Of a stretch of DNA of 54,468 nucleotides, positions 36,007-45,917 are shown one piece after another (position 1 is the stretch's first letter; each line of letters opens with the position of its first letter). The notes under the pieces were generated by a model that saw only the letters and a program-made list of their open reading frames with translations, was not told the origin of the DNA and did not search any database. The DNA lies in NCBI RefSeq assembly GCF_000315625.1, contig NW_005434599.1, positions 1 through 54,468 of the forward strand, written 5' to 3'. The stretch is from Guillardia theta CCMP2712. Its lineage: Eukaryota > Protista > Cryptophyta. Made by a program: the position numbers and the translations under genes.

Positions 36007-39000
36007 ATGCGCACTACCTACCGGAGGAAGTGCAAAGATTGCGATGTGAGCGACCACAAAATGGGATGTGGGATAGTGGGATAGTAGTGATGGTAGTGAT
36101 GGGATGGGAGGGTAGTGATAGTAGTGATGGGATGGGATAGTAGTGATGGTAGTGATGGGATGGGATAGTAGTGATAGTAGTGATGGGATGGGATAGTAGT
36201 GATAGTAGTAATGGGATGGGATAGTAGTGATGGGATGGGATAGTAGTGATGGGATGGGAGGGTAGTGATGGTAGTGATGGGATGGGATGGTAGTGATGGG
36301 ATGGGATGGTAGTGATGGTAGTGATGGTAGTGATGGGATGGGATTGTAGTGATGGTAGTGATGGGATGGGATGGGATGGGGTCTGAGAAATGGTACCAAT
36401 GGGTGGGTGGGATCTCTCACTGCCTTTGACTTGATATGCTTTAGATCGAGATTGTTCCTGGAAAATACAAAGGCACCACCTGTGTAATCAGACTGCCGCT
36501 TATTGTTCTTCCATCTAATATTTGCTTTTCAAATGTCGATGGTACAATGTTGTTGTCGTTAAGTCGGTGAGTATAAGTAGGAATTCAGAAACAGAAAAGG
36601 ATCTGACATGGTCCTTGCTTTCTCAATCGGTTGCTTTGATGGGCTCGCAACGGGACTTCGGATAGCATGTAAGGCAGCATTATATAAGATGGGAGAGCAG
36701 AGGGAAAGTGCGATCTGAAATATTTTATCTCTGGGTTTTGTGTGGCGGACTTGGGGCTTGCATGGGACTCCCGACGGGGCTTTCTAGTATGTAAGTATAG
36801 TGTAGGATGGGAGCGGATGGGATGGGATCATTCGATGGGATGGGATGGGATGGGCGAATCATTCGACGGGATGGAATCCTTCAATGGGATGGGATGGGGT
36901 GGCGAGACTACGAAGGGTAATGATGACTCTGACATGTCTTGCTTCTGGGCTTGGGCCGGGCTTGGCGGACGGGACTCGCGACGAGGTTACATAGGGTGTA
37001 AGTACGATATGGGATGGGATGATGGGATGAGAGAGGGGTATGAGTCTGACCTTTCTTGTTTCGGACCTTTTGTTACGGGTTTGGTGTCCGGGCGGCGTGA
37101 CTCGTGCTGGGATCGGATAGTATGTAAGTATGGGATGGGGTGGGGTGGCGAGAGAGGTATGACTCTGACATGTCTTGCTTCTGGATTGTGTACTCCGGAA
37201 TCGGGGCTTGCCGGACGGGACTCGCGACGGGGTATGGCAGTGTGTAAGTATGGGATGAGACGGGGGATGGAGACTGCAGATCGAGCTGATGAATCGTATC
37301 TTATTGTCCAGACCTTTGATATGGACGACGATTACACCTGCATGTACTGTGATGGAGGCGAAGGCGAACATGTTGATGATGAGCTGATTTGCCCGGTAAA
37401 GGAATTTCTCATAGAGAACTTGACTTGAAGCATCATTGATGATTGTTTTCGTATTGTGTCATACGCTGGGATGGCTCGCCATTGGACTGGATAGGATGTA
37501 AGTGCAATATGGGATGGGGTTGGAGTGAGAGTTTGATGTGAATCTGACCATTTTATCTCTGGATTTTGTGTGGTGGACTTGGGGCGGCATGGGACTCGCG
37601 ACGGGGCTTTCTAGTATGTAAGTATAGTGCAGGATGGGGGCGGATGGGATGGGATGGGATGGCGAGAGAAGGGTATGAATCTGACATGTCTTGCTTCGGG
37701 ATTGTATATTCTGGACTTGCGACTTGGCGGACGTGCGGGGCATAACAGGGTGTAAGTACGATATGGGATGGGATGGATGGGTGGTGACTGCATATTGCGC
37801 TGATGATTTACACCTTTTTGTCCAGACCTTCACCGCAAACTCAAAGGACGATGTCACCTGCACATATTGTGGAACAAGGGAGGAAGAACATGTATCTATT
37901 GATGAAGAGAAGATTTGCCCGGTGAAGGAATTTTCTCACGAGTAGAGGAAACGACTTGGAGCATAATTGATATTTGTTTTCGTATTTTGCATCACTCGCT
38001 GGGATGGGCTTGCGACCGGGGCTTGCGCTTGCTAGTATGTAAGTACGATATGGGATGGGATTGGGTACCTGAGATAAAGTCATGTCTGACATATCTGGTT
38101 GTTTACATGGGGCTTGGGACGGAACTTGCCGACGGGCTTGATAGTATGTAAGTTTGATATGGGTGGTGGTGAGAGAGAGAGATGAATTTGATCTATTCTG
38201 TTTCTGGATTTTGTGTTACGCACTTGGGGCTTGGCGGACGGGACGCGCGTCGGGGCATGACAGGATGTAAGTATGGGATGGGGTGGCAGTGTTAAGGGGA
38301 CATGCATCTGACTCTCTTGTTTCTGGATTTTGTGTCGCGGGCTTGGATGGGGTAACTCATGCCGCTGGATAGTATGTGAGTATGGGATGGAGTTGGGGTG
38401 AGAGACCCTCATCTGATATCATCTTGCTTGCACATGTCGTTACATCTCAAACTCTCCATCTGCTGGTATCCGACAAAGTGTTGTGTGAGTTTGTCACATG
38501 CTCAGCTTCATGAGTTGCTGACCTGTTGTTTTGACTGTCACTGCCGAAAATTGCTGCTGTAGAATGTAAGTGGAGAATTTTGCTATCAGTCAACATCCTG
38601 TGGAGTCAATGACTCGGACATTTTTCAGTGTAGCAAGGCCAGAGGATGGGCCGAATATTACTACGACGAGGTAAGTTTTGGTCGGGTGCTCTTGTGCAGA
38701 CTTTTTGAAGTCAAATTCATTTTGAATGACTCGAGTAATATGCAGCATGTTTGCGACTGCTGCACACGACGCCTCGAGCACAGAGAAGAAGAACAAGAAG
38801 TGATAATACTAGAAGAAGAATCTCACGTGGTAAGAAATGAGCAAAAGTCAAAGAAGAGGAAAGCAAAGGGGCAAACACTAAGAAACTGATGAACAGGATG
38901 TCAAAGAGAAGAAAGAGTCAAATGCTCAGAACGAGCGAAAGCGCAAGAGGGAGGAATGCATCATCATTGTGGATAGTGAGGATGAGGAGCAAGAGCGAAC

Positions 39001-39338
39001 AGCCTCACAGCAGCAAGGCGTTCAAGTTGCCTCCAACATTATCAACGTCGAGGTGTGAATGATTTCTTCCCTCAAGTCTCTTACTCGTGTCTTGTTGGCA
39101 CCAGCTGGGCGACGTGCAGTCGGTTGACTCCAGTCTGGAAGTCATTGACCCTGACCAAGTACTTCTCACTGAGGTATCCGGCGGTCACGGCCAAAAGTCT
39201 GCGGCTGAGTGCCGCAGTGCCGGGCTGCCTCCTGATTCGCCGGCTGAGCCTGAACCGCTGACCGGGGGCTCCGACGCCGCGTCAGGACGCCGGCCCGGCC
39301 AGTCGGACGGGCCGGGGGCCGGGCCCGGGGCATGTTAG
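36007..39338 (+). CDS. micro-exon gene encoding a multi-zinc-finger protein with SIM-like motifs and NLS
   Basis: Exons 36007-36045, 36445-36483; 3-nt exons 36564-66, 36666-68, 36788-90, 36995-97, 37121-23, 37241-43; 37312-37395; 3-nt 37495-97, 37615-17, 37749-51; 37826-37921; 3-nt 38036-38, 38145-47, 38264-66, 38373-75; 6-nt 38479-84; 3-nt 38563-65; 38629-38670, 38746-38829, 38897-39052, 39105-39338 (last exon end uncertain). All introns are GT-AG and phase 0. Confidence 0.75.
36061..36381. repeat. (GGGAT/AGTGAT)n compound microsatellite in intron 1 of the micro-exon gene
   Basis: Direct inspection; lies between donor 36046 and acceptor 36444. Confidence 0.85.
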
Positions 39339-39857
39339 GCGCGCCTATCATGGCAGGGCTGCACCTAGCTAGTAACTTAGTAATGCCGGACGACCAATCA
39401 TGAAACTGGACCCGCACATTGATCAGCAAAGGCTTGAAGAAAGGGCAGTTACATCGCGGACTGCTAGGAAAGCTTCTAATTCACTCTTTCTGCCTCAGGC
39501 ACAATAATAAATAATAAGAGACCAGAAAGACACCAAACCCCACTCAACCTCACCGACCGGACATAACTAATACCTTCACTCAACCCCTGATAAACCCGAT
39601 GCCTTGTGATATTGATAGGATTATCAATAAGGCAGAAGTGTTTCACTAGTAGATCTGATAGCTCGCTTTTGCTGTCCTTGTTTGTTTCAATATCCCGTTG
39701 GTGCGGTTTAGGCTGTAGGGCCCAGAGAAAGCATGGGGGCCCGGGAGCAGTGAAGTAGAGGACAGAGGACAGGACAGGACAGGACAGGACAGGACAGGAC
39801 AGGACAGGACAGGACAGGACAGGACAGGACAGGACAGGACAGGAGGAAGTCTCCGCC

Positions 39858-42785
39858 ATGTCTGTCAACTCGGATGATCGCAGCGGGTTCACCAGGGCGC
39901 AGCAACTCTGGAGGAGAGGATTCAACAAGGTCAAGTATCTGATGCCCGCGATGGTGAACTTGAGAAGTTCAAAGAGGAAGAGTTCACAAGTCGACGACCT
40001 CGCGTCTCTCCTGCTGAACTCTCAAGACCTTCCGTCTCGTCCTTCTCGCCTTGCTCTTCCTCACGGCCACTTGAGCGCTTCAGAGGTTGGCAGGCTCTAC
40101 GCAGAAAACGAGCTGAGCAGGGGCAACATGACAGCTGAAAAGTGGAACGACGCCTTGAGCACGTCGAGCTTGTTCGATGTCAGGCAAGGAGGAGACAAGA
40201 TCTTCCTGCGGTCAGGCGGCTACTGCTACCCAACTCATCGTCGAGCTGTCGCGAGCAAGAGCTGGTACGGGAGGGTGGGGCACACCTGCATGGCTGGACT
40301 GGAGGACTTCCAGGTGGACTTGAGCAAGGGCATGGCTTCGCGTCCTGCTGGGCCCTGGCTGCTACTTCCCTCCCGTCCTTCCACCTCGCGCAACTTTGAG
40401 AGGATCGTTAGAAGTTCTCCTGCGCTGAGGAAGACACCCGTGCGAGAGCGAGACGCGCAGGCGATGCAGCGATACAAGCCGGAAGTTCTGTACGAGGACC
40501 TTCGACAGTTCCAGTCATGCTTCATGCGCCTGTCTTACGAGGGTTCTGCGCCGGCGGAGGAGGAGAAGTCGACTGAGGTCGACATCTCGCGCTTCAACCG
40601 GCTGTACCGAGAGCTCAAGACCGATGTGTTCCTGCAAATCCTCGACAAGATCAACACGGTGACAAGATACTTCGTTGCTATCAAGATCTCGCGAGAGGAA
40701 AACGAGGTGAAAGAAAGAGATCATGAGGTGCAGAAGTCTCGTAGGAAATGGGAGAAGATCATGTTGGAGATCGAGATCGAGAAGTCAGAAGCTGACGAGG
40801 CTCAAGCGCGAGTGATGAAAGAAAAGGCTGAATTTGAAAGAGTGAGTTCACATTGCCCAACACTCAATAGCACGCCCTTCCTCCTCCTCCTCCTCCTCCT
40901 CCTCCTCCTCCTCCTCCAATCCATTCCCACCTTTCTAACTTGTTTGATCAGGCTGAAGCCGTGATTGAGAAGAACCAGAGCGAGCTGCAGGAGCTGAGAG
41001 AGGCAGCTGAGAAAGACGGAGTCATCGACGACGAGGAGGAGGCTGCGATACGTAGGATGGAGATCAAACTCCAGGTTGACAGCGTCAGGCTCCGCAAGGA
41101 GCGGGAGGAGTACCTGGATTGGAAGAAGAGGAGCGAGAAGGAGCTAGAAGATTATCTGAGGGCGCGTCAGAAAGTTTTCTCTCTCAGCGACTACGAGGAG
41201 CTCATGAAAGCCAAGGAAGCATTCAATCATAAGCTTGAGATGCTCAAGGGAAACATGAGCCATCGAGCCGTCTCGGTTCGACCCTCCTCCTTCTCACACT
41301 CTATCTTATCTTTATGCTGCTCCTCCATCTGAACAATCTTCTTCTCCTCCTCTTCCTACTACTTCACCTGGGCTCCCTGCTTCTGCTGTCTGCACCTCTT
41401 TCTCCTCCTTCCTGTAAACTCTTCTCGCAGTGCATCTTGCAAGTTCTTGCAGACGCGAAGGAAGCGGAAACAGACTATCTGGGTATCAGCATCCTCTCCC
41501 TCTCCCTCCTCCTGCTCGCTGACAGCACGACAGACTCACAGATCTTTGAAAACCCCAAGAGAAAACTCGTCAAGATTGTCACCCCCAACGGAAGCTGCTA
41601 CGAGGGCCAGTGGGAGGGAGGCGCGCACGGACATGGTAAGAGGGAGGTAGGGGGAGGAGTGACAGAAGTCGGAGGAGGAGGGGGGAAGAGGCAGGAGGGG
41701 GAGGAGGAGATAAAAGGAGGAGGAGGAGGAGGGGGAGGAGGAGGAGGAGGAAAAAAGGTGTATCTAAAACTCTGCAGGGGTTCAGAAGCTGCTGCACTTT
41801 TGACTTTGACGTATCTGGGGAGAGTTCCAGCAGGATCTCCACGACGCCGCGGAGGGATCATGATGAACTCAACTTTTCTTTCTCTTTGGGGTACGAGGGA
41901 GGAAGGAGGTAGGAGGAGGAGTAAGGAGGAGCAGGAGGNNNNNNNNNNNNNNNNNNNNNNNNNNNNNNNNNNNNNNNNNNNNNNNNNNNNNNNNNNNNNN
42001 NNNNNNNNNNNNNNNNNNNNNNNNNNNNNNNNNNNNNNCTTTTCTCATGTTGGCGCCATTTGAGCTCCCGCTTGTTGTGCTGTTTGTAAAATTAAACTCA
42101 ATGCAAACGATGAGCCTCAACGAGGGACAAAAGTGGTGGGGAGGCTAAAGGAGAGGAGGAGAAGGTTAAAGGGGAGGAGAGGAGGGGAGGAGGGGAGGAG
42201 AAGTTTAGAGGGAGGAGAGGAGAATTGAGGAGGGGAGGGAGGAGGGGAGGGCAAGGAAAATACAACAGTGGCCACTGCCTCAATGAAGTTCGCGCGAGGA
42301 TGAATATAGGAGTGGGGCTCAGAGGAGGGAGGTGAAGCAACGAGATCGGATGAGGGTGCAGGAGGAGGAGGAGGAGGAGAAGGAGAAGAAGAGGAGGAGG
42401 AGGAGGAGGAGGAGGAGGAGGAGGAGGAGGAGGAGGAGGAGGAGGAGGAGGAGGAGGAGGAGGAGGAGGGTGAAGTGGGAAGGTGTTGTGGAGGTGGATG
42501 CTCTAACGCAGCAGCAGGCATTTGGAGGAAGGGGAGGAGGGAGGGAAGCACTGTGGTTGGGGCTGTCTTGGGAGCAGGGGTCCTGCTTCCCACCATCGTG
42601 TGCAAGTTCAAGGAAGACAAGATGCTGTCCTTCACGCCCTTCCGAGACTCGCACTCTTTCCATAGAAAGACCCTTGATCTCGGGCTGGAGGCGGCGAGGA
42701 AGGTGAGAGGAGGAGGAGGTGAGACGGTGTTGAGAGAGCGTGTCAGGCCGCTGAGGAGGCGAGCAAGTTTGGGAAAGAGCTTTGA
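39858..42785 (+). CDS. coiled-coil protein with a MORN-like repeat, multi-exon (middle exons unresolved across a gap)
   Basis: ORFs 39858-40964 and 40940-41332 are coiled coil; IVTPNGSCYEGQWEGGAHGHG is MORN-like; putative last exon AAEEASKFGKEL*. Confidence 0.55.
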
Positions 42786-42833
42786 GCTAGAGCAAGCGAA
42801 GGAAGGAAAGAGAGGAAGGGGCTTCTGTTGGTT

Positions 42834-44874
42834 TCAGGAGGAGGAGGTGTTTGCTTCGTCTCCTTTGAGGTCGAATGGGAGGGTCAGGATCCCATCCGCT
42901 CCAATCGCGTACGTCCTCCCGATCTTGAGCTGAATCCCCTGCGTCACGCCTGCGAGGGTGCTGGAAGAGGGAGAGCAGGAGAGGTCCAGCAGCTTCGAGC
43001 AGCATAGGATCGCCTCCTCCACGCTGACCTGCGATCGATCCGCCTCCAATGTTTGCAGCCCAAGGGCCATGCGTGCCTGCAGGAGAGGATCAGAAGGGGA
43101 GGGGGGAAAAGGAGGGGAGACCTGCTGCAGCATTTCCTGCAGTTCAAGGCGCTGCTCCTCCAACCGCTTCTTGTATCGCTCAGCTGTAGACGCATGCTCG
43201 GCGACGAATCGAACGATGTCACCTAGGAGGTAAATGAGTACGTGTAGGTGAAAAGGATACACACCTGGTCCGTTGTGAATGGTCGCGTACAGCGCTCCCT
43301 TGCTCTTCATGATGCCGCACCCTCCCTCCACCTGCTCGACGTCGGTGAAGTTCGGGATGCTCTCGGTGATAAGGAGAGCCACAGTCGGGGCCTGGTTGAA
43401 TCTTCTCCTCCTCCCGCTCCTCCCGGCGCTTGCTTCACTCAGCATATCCTCCAACAGCCTCAGGTAGGTGTGGGAGTACTCGAGGTCGGGTGAAGCGTGC
43501 AAGAATCTGAGGCCCAGGGACCTGCGGGGACGGAAGAGGAAATGAGAAGGAGGAGGAGAGGAGGAGAGGAGGAGAGGAAAAGGAAATCAAAGACGTGGGA
43601 ATGTAGAAGAGGAATTGACAAGTGGTAGAAGAGGAGCGAAGGAAAAGGAGGACGTGAGCAGGGAAGGGAGCGAGGAGCGAGGAGGATCTAAGGAGAGAGG
43701 GGAGGGGAGGAGGGAAGGGGCCGTTTTCTTACTCGGCGACTTTCTTCTCCTTGCTCCTCGTCTCAATCACGAGCTTCTCCCCCCTTGCCACTTGGGGCCA
43801 GTCGATCCTCGTGAGGTGTGCGAGCCATTCCTCGGGAGTTCCCTCACAGCACAGAGAAATCCTACCGTCCACCTGCAAGAAGCTTTGAGAGGAGGAGAGG
43901 CAGTCACTGCTGTCTACATGTACGCAGCTCTCATTGCCGATGATCAACCTTCTGTACTTCTCCTCGAATGAGGTGATGGTTTGCAAAATCTGCACAACAA
44001 ACTTCTCAGTCCCTCCTCACCTCACTTTCCTCCTCCTCCTCCTCCTCCTCCTCCTTTCTCATTACCTTCTCCTCCGAGATTTGTTCCAGCACTCGTGTAT
44101 GTGTGACAACATCTGCTCCGGAAGGAAAGCTGAGTCTGACCTGGTGGTTGAGATGCAGGAAATGCTGTAAAGCATACACCTAAGGCAAAAGTGAGCTACA
44201 AGGAGGGAGCGGGAGGGGTGGAAAGAGGACAGAGGAAGGCCACAGGCAATACCAACAAGTGACATGAGTCAAGTGAGGAATGGTGAGGTGGACGTTAGTA
44301 AGTAGGAGGGGAGTGGAAGGGAAGGGAGGGGAGTTGAAGGGAAGGGAGGGGAGTTGAAGGGAGGGCAGGGCAGGGATCAGGGGGCAGGGGGCTTGAAGTT
44401 GAGGGGAGGGGAGGGGCAGACGTTGCTCCAAGTTTCTTGCTTGGCCTGAATGACTTTCTTCGCTTCGTCGCTGTAGGATCGGATGAAATCCTCGAGGTCG
44501 GAGACAAGAAACACGTTCTTCTCCATCTGCCCGGTGCTTTCAGCCTCCTCCCCTCACCATCATGAACAACCTTGGATGAACTGCTGGCTCGACCCAACCC
44601 GAAGAGCTGGAGGAGTTTGTTGAGCTCCTTGACATCGCCGGGGCCTCCTGTCGCCATGAGACGCGCTGAGATGACTCGGAGATCGCTCTCTTGGATCTCA
44701 TGCTCAACATCTGCCAGTACGTCAGGCAATGAACGTAACCATCATCATCATCATCACCACCACCACCACCACCACCACCACCACCATCATCATCGTTGTC
44801 ATCATCATCATCACCACCACCACCACTACCACCACCATAATCATCATTATCATCATCATCACCACCACCACTAC

Positions 44875-44906
<32 letters not shown>

Positions 44907-45447
44907 CCACCACCACCACCACCACCACCATCATCATCATTATCATCATCGTCATCGTCATTATCATCGTCATCGTTATCGTCGTCACCATCACCGCCAG
45001 CCATCATCACCACAAATCCTCAAAAGAAGTACAATGACCTGGTTTGACGTAGAACTTGATCATGTACACTTTGGTTCTGACGGCGGACCCTCCCTTCATG
45101 ATCTCAAGGAACTCTGATAGCGCTTGAAAACTCTTCTCGTTCTCCTTCCGAGCTTCCGGAAAGCTAGCGAACAGGTCAGGGTGAACTTTCAGGTACACCT
45201 GACGGAGTTTGGCCTCCATCGACATGTTCTTGTCTTCACTCGTACTCGCCCATCGCTTCATCGTCCCGCCCATGGCAAGAGGTCGCTCCCTCCTTTTGAT
45301 CCAACAGCTATGTACCCGCTCGCAACCTGCCTGCCCGGCTCGGGAGATGTAAAGTGCATTCCTCCCGTGCGAGATGTCCAAAAGAAGGGATCGAGCTGCC
45401 GACCAGCATGGGCTGCTCTTCTTCATCCTCCTCCTGTATCCGAACAC
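42834..45447 (-). CDS. TCAIM: TCAIM-like (DUF4460/DUF4461) mitochondrial protein, multi-exon; start uncertain
   Basis: LRQVYLKVHPDLFASFPEARKENEKSFQALSEFL (J-like HPD N-domain) and C-terminal YAIGADGILTLPFD. Confidence 0.72.
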
Positions 45448-45917
45448 ACGTCAATATACCATGAGCATGAGTCCCTTTTGCCCTGCAATGCCTTGTGACT
45501 CAACCTCCTCACCAGCTCGTCTCCTCCTAACCTCTACTCCTCTGCCCATCTCCTCTCCTCTCCTCTCCCTCTCCTCTCCTCTCCTCTCCCTCTCCTCTCC
45601 TCTCCTCTCCCTCCCTCTCCTCTCCCTCTCTCTCCTCCCCTCCTCTCTATCTTGTCTCCTCTTCGTGTTGTTCCCTACAGCTCTCCGTTGACTCGCAGGA
45701 ATTCCCTTCTATGTCAACAAAACCAGAAAATCGCAGGACAACGGACGGGTGGTAGTTGGGGGAAGAGTTGGTGGGGTACCTAGATCGTACACGCAATGCT
45801 AGAGGGCGCAACAGCCANNNNNNNNNNNNNNNNNNNNNNNNNNNNNNNNNNNNNNNNNNNNNNNNNNNNNNNNNNNNNNNNNNNNNNNNNNNNNNNNNNN
45901 NNNNNNNNNNNNNNNNN

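Noticed and set aside
36742-37428. 228-aa ORF with CKYDMGWD repeats
   Set aside because: Read-through of homologous introns (CKY = TGTAAGTAY donor); only 37312-37395 and the triplets fit the spliced gene
36700-38400. Non-canonical GT-TG/GG introns ending at TCTGG after the pyrimidine tract
   Set aside because: Resulting exons vary in length and frame; the AG-NNN-GTAAGT micro-exon parse is fully canonical and gives a coherent protein
44572-45117. Poly-His protein
   Set aside because: (CAT/CAC)n microsatellite in an intron of the minus-strand TCAIM-like gene
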